IMG/VR virus record: IMGVR_UViG_3300033074_001484 | Span: 116,351-180,350 of that record | From: a virus | Lineage: Duplodnaviria; Caudoviricetes | DNA length: 64,000 nucleotides | Strand: one strand, 5' to 3' | Shown here: in pieces, positions 41,101 to 50,319 of the stretch | Numbering within the stretch: position 1 is the stretch's first letter | Layout of the letters: each line of letters begins with the position of its first letter | Translations under genes and position numbers: made by a program | Notes under the pieces: model-generated | What the model was told of the DNA's origin: nothing | What the model saw: only the letters and a program-made list of their open reading frames with translations | Database searches by the model: none

Positions 41101-41203
41101 ACCCAATCAACTTATCGAAAATCTCTGAATATTCATCGTGCCTTTGAAGTATTCGCACATGAATATCCGATACATGAAATACTTTGTCAATTTTTGCAAT
41201 CAT
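38105..41203 (-). CDS. fused Mre11/SbcD nuclease - Rad50/SbcC ATPase (gp47-gp46)
   Basis: SDIH, GD, PGNHD, FHG, LGDIH phosphoesterase motifs; then APNATGKST Walker A, coiled coil with CKYC hook, SGME signature, IIDEGFG Walker B and ISH. Confidence 0.93.
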   Translation of the reverse strand: MIAKIDKVFHVSDIHVRILQRHDEYSEIFDKLIGYIEAHKTKDSVIVITGDVAHSKVDMSSEMTMLIGTLFRKFADICPTIVIPGNHDFNGINSSRLDVLTPICDIMRHPNLYYLPYSGVFEIGDIAFGVFSILDGKEKWPFTINTSCSTKVALFHGPVNGASNDYGYLFDNASVDVEMFTEYDIVMLGDIHKFQYVSPTAAYPGSLIQQNFGEGLDHGIIVWDIPTKKGEFVKIPQEHLYITINDINTEIPEYDAKRLTVRIRHNDEDPKSIKSFIDRLSKKYTVNVASIENVGSVSTSELLHVLTTKHADESSILREYLDIKGLSSESVEAIIALHTEIKNKAVVDDSVRNVDWDIEYFAFDNMFSYGPGNVVNFSRFNGLVGLFAPNATGKSTLIDAILFCMYDKCSKTSMAANVMNRNADYFTCELILRISGVRYKIVRNGSKSKLGKVSVDVYFYIIDDEGNVIKDLTGTKREHTNKIIRSYIGTYDDITLTSISTQKNSSTFIDKTQSNRQTLLYRFLDTEIYETYENLGKAQLKNVELDIYKLKKDYTTEIADKESKIETLSTEFKACGVELEMLIEQLNTLNNNIKEYNARIENVENIDIHAVERDIEKYTNQIKDIDTRLINVLSEKDKIEECISLLTGNLGAFNAQEIMDGMRQHQFLVSELANLKTTRQGVVVDLNKCEQSRERLNVHKYDPNCKYCVDNEFVKLAMRDIARIPELEKELNRIDGELADGSELLESVKNYNELHEQYKSVEHQIALARSNANTIKMTEDGLQSNKMSLTLLLKEAVSKRDRFVEIQEILKHNNVYKQKIEEITREVSTTTKKQYDLNSRYWALESELKKLAQDVEMLKSNERIYHNALNMQNVLNEYIALCNRNGVPYFIIKKYLPIIQHRTNEILSGVVPFTVRFTIGDSENIDMYIKYSDDNEWPIELTSGMESFVASLAIRTALLSITTLPKSLFIIIDEGFGVLDGDHWAPIHNMFVKMLSFCRVVLCISHIDSIKSMVDDIITIDRQGENSRLYVE

Positions 41204-42120
41204 TGTAACTGTATTTTAAGTAAATCCATATTAGTCACATAACCAGTTTTATCTACCAATTCCCACATTTTAGCATGTCCTACTGAATTTGGGTCTTGCC
41301 CATTCTCCAGCATCACCAGTTTACATGGAACTCCCATGTTTAAGAAATATTTCACGTCAACCAAACATTCTTTTATAGCATCTCCGTCGGGGCAAAAAAT
41401 CAATTCCGGCACATTTAACAATCGTTCTTTCAAACATTGTGATATAAATTTCCCATATTTAGGCACTGTATTGAATCGCATGGTTATTGCATCGAACGCA
41501 CCCTCAACTAAACACACCGGTAATTCAAAATTTATCATATTTTCAAAACCAACCACTCCGGATTTTGGAAGTTTTGGATTTCGCATTTTAACATGTACCA
41601 TTGATGAAAATGCCCGTGTAGTAAAATATGTTAACGCACCAGTTGTATTAAAATCTGGTATAATAACCATTCGATCATATACACCGGACTCCGCATATCC
41701 TATTTTATATCTGAAAATATCATATTCTGTAATCCCTCTGTTTTCCAAATATCGCAAGCACAAATCACGATATACACTTGGTGGAGCATTGTGTAATGGA
41801 ATATATTCTGTGGGAATTTTTATATCCCCTACAGCCGCAGATTTAATTATCGGTCTGGATGATTGATGTTCCGACTCATGATAATGGGGCTTCAATCTCC
41901 GAATCAACGCATCCGGTGCGTTTATCTTTTTCAATAGCCCAAATATATTGCGGCCTTTATTCGGGCATACCCAACATCTCCAAACTCCAGATGTGATTTT
42001 TACAGATAATTTTCGTTTACTATGTTTACAAAACGGGCAATGAAACATTACATTGTCATCATACGATAATGTATATGTCCCCAAAGCATCCTGAAGTATG
42101 GATAGCACAGCATCATTCAT
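41200..42120 (-). CDS. DNA primase (Zn finger + TOPRIM)
   Basis: CPFC...CWVC, YL-x2-RGI, LVEGAFDA, PDGD, DP. Confidence 0.9.
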   Translation of the reverse strand: MNDAVLSILQDALGTYTLSYDDNVMFHCPFCKHSKRKLSVKITSGVWRCWVCPNKGRNIFGLLKKINAPDALIRRLKPHYHESEHQSSRPIIKSAAVGDIKIPTEYIPLHNAPPSVYRDLCLRYLENRGITEYDIFRYKIGYAESGVYDRMVIIPDFNTTGALTYFTTRAFSSMVHVKMRNPKLPKSGVVGFENMINFELPVCLVEGAFDAITMRFNTVPKYGKFISQCLKERLLNVPELIFCPDGDAIKECLVDVKYFLNMGVPCKLVMLENGQDPNSVGHAKMWELVDKTGYVTNMDLLKIQLQ

Positions 42121-42124
42121 GCTG

Positions 42125-42132
42125 CAAATATA
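42125..42132 (-). promoter_or_regulatory. Bacteroidota-type -7 promoter element TAnnTTTG before primase
   Basis: Minus strand TATATTTG-CAGC-ATG; no clear -33 element at canonical spacing. Confidence 0.4.
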
Positions 42133-42146
42133 CTACCATATTTTAA

Positions 42147-42506
42147 TTATCTATGAAGTTTCAACCTTTTATTCAATTCAGCTTTTACAGCCTTTGCAAC
42201 AGGACCTCGCCATGTTGTCGCGTTGGCCAGAAAGTATCTAACGATTGAATCCGCACTGTCCATTCCATAATCATCATCCAAACTATCCAACGATGACATT
42301 GCACTTAAATATGGCCGTGCCCCAAAATATACATTCTGCCAGTCCCGGCGAATAACACTTGCCAATCCTGCAAGATTGTGTTTAGAGTAATCTATTATTT
42401 CATCACTTTCTTTTAATGCAACATTTTTGGATTCAGTCTTTATCAAATATTTGACATAATCCTTCAATACCGATCTAAGTTCGTCAAGATTTGCTTTTTT
42501 AGGCAT
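42147..42506 (-). CDS. hypothetical protein (leader + cargo-like domain)
   Basis: 119 aa; ALKE followed by a YFGARPYL-x-AM...YFLANATTWRG domain. Confidence 0.7.
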   Translation of the reverse strand: MPKKANLDELRSVLKDYVKYLIKTESKNVALKESDEIIDYSKHNLAGLASVIRRDWQNVYFGARPYLSAMSSLDSLDDDYGMDSADSIVRYFLANATTWRGPVAKAVKAELNKRLKLHR

Positions 42507-42897
42507 TTACACCCCCCATTTGTGTAGTTAACGTTTTTATATAATTTAACCCCGCAGACTTGAAATTTTCATATAATGCACGATCATTAAACTTGGAAGG
42601 GTCTAAATGATTGTCCATATATTCTTTAGTAATAAATGTGATAAAAAAATTGTTTTGGGACACGCCACCAATATACAGTACAGACGACTCTTCCGGATTC
42701 TGTATATTCAACTCCTTAGACTGTGTTAGTCTATTTTGGACACGGTTTGCATTTTTAATGGCCTCATCCATCGAATCATATGTACCTATAGTATTATAGT
42801 CGGTATCATAATATTCTACAATATAATAGTCACCAGACACTTCAAGCATCAATTTTACTGTATGTTTAATATATTCATCTAAATTATATCTGGTCAT
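42499..42897 (-). CDS. hypothetical protein
   Basis: 132 aa, overlaps both neighbours. Confidence 0.65.
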   Translation of the reverse strand: MTRYNLDEYIKHTVKLMLEVSGDYYIVEYYDTDYNTIGTYDSMDEAIKNANRVQNRLTQSKELNIQNPEESSVLYIGGVSQNNFFITFITKEYMDNHLDPSKFNDRALYENFKSAGLNYIKTLTTQMGGVNA

Positions 42898-43481
42898 TTC
42901 ACATCTTTACGTTGTATAAATAAATATGAATTACCATTATCAAACATATCCCATATTACTGTGAACAATTTTGAATATATATTTTTATGTTCATCGTGTG
43001 ATTGAAAGACACAATAATGCGGTTTATGTGTCGCGTCATGCTCAATTGGCACGGTAGACCAAACTATCCCACCATTATTCAAATGTGTGTACATATTTTT
43101 AATCACCAATTCAGGATCATAACAATGCTCCAACGTATGGCTAATAGACATAAGATCAAATTTAAATTCATATGGGAATGGTTCGTGGGCATCGTGTACC
43201 ATAAGATTATTATTAAATGCCACCAATGTTTCCCATTTTACACTCGCCCGTTCTCCTATATCAAATCCATAACTATGTTTGGTATAACCCAACATATATT
43301 CAACAGTCTTGGCAATACCCCGGCACCCTATATCTAAAAAATAAAAACTGGACGGTAATTGAGGAAACACAATATTCAAATATTGTGGCAATTTATTACT
43401 ATTGATAATTAAACCACTACGTTTATTCTGTTCATCATAATATTCACTATCGTATTGCTTTCGTATCATTACGTATCCCAT
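42894..43481 (-). CDS. class I SAM-dependent methyltransferase
   Basis: FLDIGC, YGFD, FDL-x3-SHTLEH-x2-DP, L-x2-GG motifs. Confidence 0.85.
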   Translation of the reverse strand: MGYVMIRKQYDSEYYDEQNKRSGLIINSNKLPQYLNIVFPQLPSSFYFLDIGCRGIAKTVEYMLGYTKHSYGFDIGERASVKWETLVAFNNNLMVHDAHEPFPYEFKFDLMSISHTLEHCYDPELVIKNMYTHLNNGGIVWSTVPIEHDATHKPHYCVFQSHDEHKNIYSKLFTVIWDMFDNGNSYLFIQRKDVK

Positions 43482-45136
43482 CGTATCAAAATGTTCATAT
43501 CAACGTCGTCACGCATTTGTAGTGGCTGACCCATTTTACCAACAGCAACCAAATCCCCCTGTGAATTGTATAATCCAACAGCGGTTACGTATGGTAGCAG
43601 TAAGGAACCGGTCATATCAGATATTAACAAATCCGACGTATGATGTATTCTTGCAGTGGGGTTATATGTTAAATTGAATGACCCCTTTTTTATTCTGCAC
43701 AAAACCTCATATTGATAAATTGTATGCGTTCCTTTATACATAAGTGACCACCCACCCTTCAACGTATCATTGTATTTTGGATTTAATGGTGAAATTACAA
43801 GTTTTCCCCCTTTATAAAATACATTACCAACAACTGCGGTTTGATACATGCTACCGCTGACATTATCCGCCAAGGTTTGAATTGTATCACTTGTATAACC
43901 TTCATTGTATATCCGAACTTCATCCAAACTACCCGAAAACCCCCTTTCCATTTCATGTGAATCCGCGCCAAAAACTAAATTATAATCATTTCCCGGATTC
44001 AATGTTGCATCCGAACCACTACTGTCTAACACACCATCAACATATAGTGACAACAAATTACCAACCTTTGTGACCGCAATATGATGATACGCATCGGTTA
44101 TTGCAGTTGATGATGTTAACACAGTCTGATGTATACCGTCACTTCGGGTAAATTTAATCTTACCAGAATTTGGCGATGTATGATTATATATCTCAAACCT
44201 GTATGGGTATCTATCAATTATACTGCTTTCTAATGAGGATGAAACATACTCATATGTTTGCATTATATCATTAGGAGACGGCTTTGTTAAAAACCCATGT
44301 ACCTGCTTAACTACCGACCCGTTTTTAGATATAATAGTATTTGTATCGGTTAACGTATTTGATTGTGTTGCCGGTGCATTTACCCAAAATGAAATTGTAA
44401 AATCCTCATATGTGTAAAAATTCAAATTCGGATAATTATATGTAAGCACATATGAATTTCCAAAAAATTCAGCATGCGTTCCAGATGATACGCCGTCAAT
44501 GGGTACCCCTTTATTAATTTTTATGTTATGTAATATAGCCGGACGATCTACTTGATATACATTTGATATGTAATGATACGTACTATGGTCCACTTGTCCA
44601 GATTGATATTTGGTTTTTCTAAATAGTTCATTGAATCCCCAATACCCAACTAATGCGTATCTATTTGTATAACTACCAGTGTCTATTGATACATCATAAA
44701 TATTACCATTTGCATCATCACTAAGATAATAGCCAGATTGTGTTATAAACACACTTCCCGGCTTTATTTCTTCACCATAGTCCATATATGGTACTGATAA
44801 AACACTGGCTGAATAATTTAAAAATTTAAATGTGTATCTACGATTTGAATGTTCACGTGTCGTCGTGGGATTATATGGATCACGATAATACATATGATCC
44901 AGAGATTTCCATATTATATGTTGATATGACCCATCAAAACTATTTGTAGGGTCATTTGCAGCTTTCTGTGTACCGATAGGTGTTTTTAATGAAGTATGTA
45001 CGGCATCATGTATCAAATATCCTGACGATGAATCTATAAGCGTTGCCCCATTAAACCTATAGGTTTTATGTACCCTTACCGGATTTAACGTAAAATCCTG
45101 CGGTTTTACAGGAGCGAATACAGTCGGAATGGCCAT
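43469..45136 (-). CDS. baseplate/fibre-associated protein with a LamG (concanavalin-like) domain
   Basis: FTISFWV, YHHIAVT, LYVDG, FSGSLDEVRIYN; C-terminal YVTAVGLYN...VAVGK-x2-QP shared with two paralogues. Confidence 0.75.
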   Translation of the reverse strand: MAIPTVFAPVKPQDFTLNPVRVHKTYRFNGATLIDSSSGYLIHDAVHTSLKTPIGTQKAANDPTNSFDGSYQHIIWKSLDHMYYRDPYNPTTTREHSNRRYTFKFLNYSASVLSVPYMDYGEEIKPGSVFITQSGYYLSDDANGNIYDVSIDTGSYTNRYALVGYWGFNELFRKTKYQSGQVDHSTYHYISNVYQVDRPAILHNIKINKGVPIDGVSSGTHAEFFGNSYVLTYNYPNLNFYTYEDFTISFWVNAPATQSNTLTDTNTIISKNGSVVKQVHGFLTKPSPNDIMQTYEYVSSSLESSIIDRYPYRFEIYNHTSPNSGKIKFTRSDGIHQTVLTSSTAITDAYHHIAVTKVGNLLSLYVDGVLDSSGSDATLNPGNDYNLVFGADSHEMERGFSGSLDEVRIYNEGYTSDTIQTLADNVSGSMYQTAVVGNVFYKGGKLVISPLNPKYNDTLKGGWSLMYKGTHTIYQYEVLCRIKKGSFNLTYNPTARIHHTSDLLISDMTGSLLLPYVTAVGLYNSQGDLVAVGKMGQPLQMRDDVDMNILIRWDT

Positions 45137-45148
45137 ACATGATTAATG

Positions 45149-45691
45149 TTATCTTCGATAATTTTGATATATTGTTGGGTCCGATAAATCGATTCGCTCA
45201 CGGTCGGGTGTATCTACCGGGACAACCCGTGATATATCATATCCAACCCATCGCTGAGATAATGCATTCAACCATTCTTTAGCCTCTTCTTCGGTTTCGT
45301 ATTCCATACCATTTCTCGACCAAACATCTTCTCCAACCGCACCGACTTCAGCCCTGAATTTACCTTCAGATATAATATCCACGCCACGAATTCTATTATA
45401 AATTTCCTTCAACGTACCATGTCTAAATGATTTCGTCATACCTTCACCAATTAATTCACCATATACATCTAATGAATCTATAATATCTTTCAATTTAGAT
45501 ATATTAAATTTTTTATCGAATGCGGATACCGTACCCCCCTGACCTGTGGTTTGTAAATATCGAATCGCTAATTCTAAAGAATTATAACCTCTCCACAATT
45601 CAACTACAGCCACCCCGATTAACCGCTTTAATTCCCTCTCGGAAAATTGAGTATTGTCCTCATATAAGAATTTTTTACTATTCGTCTTCAT
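45149..45691 (-). CDS. hypothetical protein (leader + cargo-like domain)
   Basis: 180 aa; IISE followed by WSRNG-x2-Y-x-TEEEA-x2-W-x3-L-x2-RW. Confidence 0.65.
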   Translation of the reverse strand: MKTNSKKFLYEDNTQFSERELKRLIGVAVVELWRGYNSLELAIRYLQTTGQGGTVSAFDKKFNISKLKDIIDSLDVYGELIGEGMTKSFRHGTLKEIYNRIRGVDIISEGKFRAEVGAVGEDVWSRNGMEYETEEEAKEWLNALSQRWVGYDISRVVPVDTPDRERIDLSDPTIYQNYRR

Positions 45692-45693
45692 AA

Positions 45694-47382
45694 TTATATT
45701 CCATATTTTAAATGTACCGATAATAACGCTTCCGACGTTGGGTTTTTTTGTATAGGTTTTGATATTTTACCTACTGCAAGCAACTCATAATTAGAATTGT
45801 ATAGTCCTACCGATGTTATGTATACTGACGGATTATATAAAAAATCGCTCTTAATAAGTGCATCTGATCCGGAAACAAATGTTGGATTGTTGGTGAAATT
45901 ATAATCATAATTATTCACCCTTAAATAATAATACCGATTGTATTCGACAACTTGTCGTCGCGCAGTAAATCCAAGCTCATCCCCTGTTGAATCTGTAAAT
46001 GCGGCTCCCCCCGAAATTGCTGTAAATAACTTTTTTGAATTATCACCTTCAACATCAACAGACCGAACTGTTGCAAATGACGCACTTGCATCCAATCTGG
46101 CAGCATCAAGCACAATTATTCCCAATCTTGGGTAGACCTGTCCGTAAACTTGTGGATAGGTTGGATTATATATGCCATCCTCAATAGACCCAGAAACGAT
46201 ATTATAAAATGGTCCGGCCTCACTTGATCTATTAGTTTGAAACGTTCGATATGTCTCAGATATATAATCCTCTGCCTTTGCGCCCTCGGATAACAAAGAA
46301 TAATCAATTCTCGAATCATCAATTAATCTGATAAATTTACCATTACCTGCCAATTGCACATTACTTCCGGTATGTGCGTTGGCGTTACCGCCACCAGCCA
46401 CAAATTCGGAACCGGAAAGTGCAGCGAGGGTAAGTTCTATATTACCAGCATCAATGGCATCACCATACCTATCACGTCGTATATTTATAACGTATATATC
46501 TTCCATTCGGTAATTACCAATCCTGAAGTATCTCTGTGTAGGTTCCACACATAAAAACAAATATTGGTAATAAATTGCCTTTGTTGGGGTCAACACATCA
46601 TTCAACCCAAGGTCCCTTGACCCACCTCCGGCAGCATTCCCATATGCAATATCAAATTGTGGTTCCGATCCACATGTACCATATTCCTTGTTATAAACGA
46701 CTATCCCATAGCTCTCTGACACCTGTGCGTTTGCAGATATATGGAAATTTCTAAGAGTTCCAACATTGTCAGACCACATCCCATATTCAACTAAAGTTGG
46801 AGTTAATTCAAGGACATCATCTGATGAAATTTGTGTGTACACTTTACCGGGAGATAGTTCTTCCGGACAATTAATACCATATTTGATACAATCGTCTACT
46901 GGAATGACCGGTCCAGACTTTTTACAATCAGGACCGCCCTCTGTTGGCCATTTCGATACCTTTATCCATTCGCCAGTTGTAGGTTCAAATGTTGTCCAAT
47001 ATTCAACATATCCCGGTATAAATGTCACAGGCTCAGAATGGTATGTATACCATCGCTGATGGCATTCATTCCAAACCCATTTAATATCCACTTTATCAAT
47101 AAAAGTTGGTGGAGGTGTTTCCTGTTGAACAGGTGGAAGTTTGTTTACAGGGTCTACTACATTTTTTATAGGAGGTTGTTCTTTACCCAATATTTTTATA
47201 TTAGAGTTGCCCCCCAATGGTATGTATTGGGAATCGCCCCCCCAATGCGAGGGTGGAATACCCGGTGGCACATAATTCTTATCAGTTGGTAAGGTGGGAA
47301 CCTTAACAAATGGAACATTACCATCCGGATTATTTTGTTGTTGCCCCGGTGATATTCCGTTATTCCCATTAGTTATTGCCAT
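45694..47382 (-). CDS. peripheral baseplate / fibre attachment protein, paralogue B
   Basis: Pro-rich N-terminus; core clearly homologous to 47389-48903; ends YITSVGLYN...AVGKISKPI-x-K. Confidence 0.65.
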   Translation of the reverse strand: MAITNGNNGISPGQQQNNPDGNVPFVKVPTLPTDKNYVPPGIPPSHWGGDSQYIPLGGNSNIKILGKEQPPIKNVVDPVNKLPPVQQETPPPTFIDKVDIKWVWNECHQRWYTYHSEPVTFIPGYVEYWTTFEPTTGEWIKVSKWPTEGGPDCKKSGPVIPVDDCIKYGINCPEELSPGKVYTQISSDDVLELTPTLVEYGMWSDNVGTLRNFHISANAQVSESYGIVVYNKEYGTCGSEPQFDIAYGNAAGGGSRDLGLNDVLTPTKAIYYQYLFLCVEPTQRYFRIGNYRMEDIYVINIRRDRYGDAIDAGNIELTLAALSGSEFVAGGGNANAHTGSNVQLAGNGKFIRLIDDSRIDYSLLSEGAKAEDYISETYRTFQTNRSSEAGPFYNIVSGSIEDGIYNPTYPQVYGQVYPRLGIIVLDAARLDASASFATVRSVDVEGDNSKKLFTAISGGAAFTDSTGDELGFTARRQVVEYNRYYYLRVNNYDYNFTNNPTFVSGSDALIKSDFLYNPSVYITSVGLYNSNYELLAVGKISKPIQKNPTSEALLSVHLKYGI

Positions 47383-47388
47383 AGAGTA

Positions 47389-48903
47389 TTAAAAATCCAA
47401 TTTAACTTTCAACAATAATTCTCGTGTAAATGATTTTTGTAATGGTTTTGATAGTTTAGCAACCGCCACACATTCCCGACGTTCATTAAACAGTCCAACA
47501 GTAGTTATATAAACTCTTGGATTTCCAATAAATGTTGGTTGGGCAATATCACCCCCTGATCCAGTAGCAAATGATGGGTTATTTGAAAAATTATACTCAC
47601 CATTACGAATCCTGCAAAAGAAGTGGGTTGATTTTACTTTCTCAGCACTGCGACCGGCAAATCCAAGTTGATCACCGCTGGCATCTGTATATAACGCCGA
47701 TCCTGACATAGACGTAAATAATTTATATGCATTATCTCCGCTAATTTCACTACCAGATACTGTGGCAAATGAACAACTCATGTTTAATATATTTCCATCA
47801 AGCACCACTATACCAAGCCGTCTATATAACTGTCCGTAAATATGTGGAGCACTTGAATTATACACCCCATCCTCTATGGAACCAGACACTATGTTATACA
47901 CTTCACCTGAATCAGTAATAGTAGCAGCATTTATTCTCGAATCATCCACTAACCGTATAACTTTACCATTACCTGCAAGTCTTACATTACTTCCGGTATG
48001 TGCGTTGGCGTTACCGCCACCCGCCACAAATTCGGAACCGGAAAGTGCAGCGAGATTTATTTCTAAATTACCCTCATCCAAATATTCCCGCATCCGAGCG
48101 CGGTTCACATTAACCACATAAATATTATCAGTACTATTACCACCAATAGTAAAGAATTCGTCTGACCCGTTTAAACATAATAGACGATATTGTCCATAGA
48201 TTGCGCGTGAAGGGGTGTCGTTTATTTGGCCACCCTCATCAGCCGACCCGCTACCATACTTATGCCCCCATGCGACAGAGAATTGTGGGGCTGCCCCGCA
48301 CGCATCAGATGCAGAGTTGTACACTTCATAATAATATCGCTTTTGATTTGCAGTCTGTACAGATGATGTATAAAACGTTGTAAGAATTCCAACATTATTC
48401 GACCACAGCGCACGAGTGACCGTTTCCTGTTGATTTGGCACCACGTCGCCCGGTTCAAACTTAGTATAAATTCTACCTGATCCTAAATTTGGTGGGGGTG
48501 GAGGTGTAAATGGTTGATTTGGATTACTCGGTGGTACAACTGGTGGTACAACTGGCCCATCCGGTACAAATGGCAATTGTCCACCGCCACCCACAACTTG
48601 TCCACCGCCACCCACAATATTTTGACCTTGAACTTTTGACGGTGTTACTACACTAACTTTATTTGTTTCGTCCACCACGTAAAAGTTACCGGCAATATCA
48701 GTGTATCCAGACACACCAACGCCCGGCATAACTTCCATTGTTGTAGGTGTTGTAGCTGACAACACAGCAGGGTCAGATGATACATAATTTGTATCATAAC
48801 CCATCTGTTTCAACTTATCAATTTGGCTTGAATCAACTGACGCTTTTTTTCCGGCATATGCTGGATTTTGCATCGATGATTTAATGTTAGTTAAAAATGC
48901 CAT
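47389..48903 (-). CDS. peripheral baseplate / fibre attachment protein, paralogue A
   Basis: Pro-rich linker; YNFSNNPSF...YITTVGLFN...AVAKLSKPL-x-K. Confidence 0.65.
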   Translation of the reverse strand: MAFLTNIKSSMQNPAYAGKKASVDSSQIDKLKQMGYDTNYVSSDPAVLSATTPTTMEVMPGVGVSGYTDIAGNFYVVDETNKVSVVTPSKVQGQNIVGGGGQVVGGGGQLPFVPDGPVVPPVVPPSNPNQPFTPPPPPNLGSGRIYTKFEPGDVVPNQQETVTRALWSNNVGILTTFYTSSVQTANQKRYYYEVYNSASDACGAAPQFSVAWGHKYGSGSADEGGQINDTPSRAIYGQYRLLCLNGSDEFFTIGGNSTDNIYVVNVNRARMREYLDEGNLEINLAALSGSEFVAGGGNANAHTGSNVRLAGNGKVIRLVDDSRINAATITDSGEVYNIVSGSIEDGVYNSSAPHIYGQLYRRLGIVVLDGNILNMSCSFATVSGSEISGDNAYKLFTSMSGSALYTDASGDQLGFAGRSAEKVKSTHFFCRIRNGEYNFSNNPSFATGSGGDIAQPTFIGNPRVYITTVGLFNERRECVAVAKLSKPLQKSFTRELLLKVKLDF

Positions 48904-48916
48904 GCCTATTTATCCT

Positions 48917-49615
48917 TTAGATTAAGCTAATTGGTGGTTGACCCGTCAGCGGAACACCCGGTGTTGTATTTGTAGTTACTTTTTGTACTGTAATATTCAC
49001 CACAACACGTCCACCGGTTTCAATACCAGTTATAACAAGCGTGGTTGTTTTTGCAGCAAGTTGTAGCATATTCGCAGTTATGACAACCGATTTACCTACA
49101 ACAGTAACCGATTGTGCCATTTCATTTTCTGCAATATATTTTGGTTTACCTGACGGGTCTCCATACATTTGAGATTTGGCATATTCCTGTAAGTACATTG
49201 TACAAACATCACTATCTGATAAGGTAAATGCGTAGCCAAACGTGGAATTGCCCTCCGCGTAATTTATAGTCTGTGGTGTAATCGTTACAGATTGACCGGC
49301 AGTTAATGTTACATTGGTTTGTGGAACTGATATAACTGGAATTCTAATAGTTTTACGAGGCAATGTAACAAGTTTGTATTTGAGATTTTGGGTTTCATCG
49401 GTGACCCCCTCTGTTATAGGTAAATTTTCCAAAATTGACCCATAATATGCTGATCCTAAAGGATGGTCAGGATTCCATAGCGAGTAATCTATTTCATCGT
49501 CAGCCAACGCAAAATGTGTAATGTTAAACTCATTCTGTCCGCGAGCAAGTAACTCGCGACCTTTCCGCGTTAAAATAGCATCAACAACAACTGATGAATT
49601 ATTCAAATATCCCAT
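48917..49615 (-). CDS. baseplate-associated structural protein
   Basis: MGYLNN...VDAILTRKGRELLA...ITHFALADDEIDY, resembling the start of tail-collar fibre domains. Confidence 0.6.
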   Translation of the reverse strand: MGYLNNSSVVVDAILTRKGRELLARGQNEFNITHFALADDEIDYSLWNPDHPLGSAYYGSILENLPITEGVTDETQNLKYKLVTLPRKTIRIPVISVPQTNVTLTAGQSVTITPQTINYAEGNSTFGYAFTLSDSDVCTMYLQEYAKSQMYGDPSGKPKYIAENEMAQSVTVVGKSVVITANMLQLAAKTTTLVITGIETGGRVVVNITVQKVTTNTTPGVPLTGQPPISLI

Positions 49616-49624
49616 ATGTTACCT

Positions 49625-50278
49625 TTAAAGTTTTGTACGTAAACCTGTTTGTTCTTCAAAAATTGATCTCAACTCATCTGCATACACTCGATCCTGTGTA
49701 TAAGTAACTTTATATTTAGACCCATGCACTTTTCCAAATTCAACATCGTAAAGGTCGTCGCCGGTTAATACAACTTTTAAATAATTTACCTTTCGACTTG
49801 CTGTAAATCTGATACTGATGCCTCCAAGTTTTTCATTCACAATATACATATGTTTAACACCTACCATAAATGCGAATCGCCTACCACCAAGTTGTTGATA
49901 AATAGTCTCAGCAACCTCTTTAGCAGATTCTCTAAGTAAAATTTTTAACGGTTTGGCTTTTAAACCCTCGCTAACCTTTTCCATTTTATCAGATGGTTCC
50001 TTTGTCGAGACTCTTGCATCTAAAATTTGGGCTAACACATTCTTTATATCAACATCATTTTTTACATCCGAATTATTAATTGTAACATCCCCATTACCAC
50101 TCACGGTGATCACACATTCCGGCGAATCCTTCAAATCTGTTAACACATTACAAAACATAGTTTTTTTACCATCAATTACCTTTTGTAGTATCATATCAAA
50201 TTTTCTATGAACCATTGGAACTATCATCCTATGGACCGATACCACAACATTTGCATAATTACTATTTTCACCGGCCAT
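49625..50278 (-). CDS. hypothetical protein (leader + cargo-like domain)
   Basis: LLRE followed by an AETIYQQLGG-x2-F-x2-M-x-G...DLYD-x-EF...FE-x2-TGL domain. Confidence 0.7.
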   Translation of the reverse strand: MAGENSNYANVVVSVHRMIVPMVHRKFDMILQKVIDGKKTMFCNVLTDLKDSPECVITVSGNGDVTINNSDVKNDVDIKNVLAQILDARVSTKEPSDKMEKVSEGLKAKPLKILLRESAKEVAETIYQQLGGRRFAFMVGVKHMYIVNEKLGGISIRFTASRKVNYLKVVLTGDDLYDVEFGKVHGSKYKVTYTQDRVYADELRSIFEEQTGLRTKL

Positions 50279-50294
50279 GTTTTAACCTTTTTTC

Positions 50295-50303
50295 AATAAA
50301 TAT
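50295..50303 (-). promoter_or_regulatory. candidate late promoter ATATTTATT
   Basis: Upstream of start 50278. Confidence 0.6.
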
Positions 50304-50319
50304 TAGGGAAGTATAAAAA

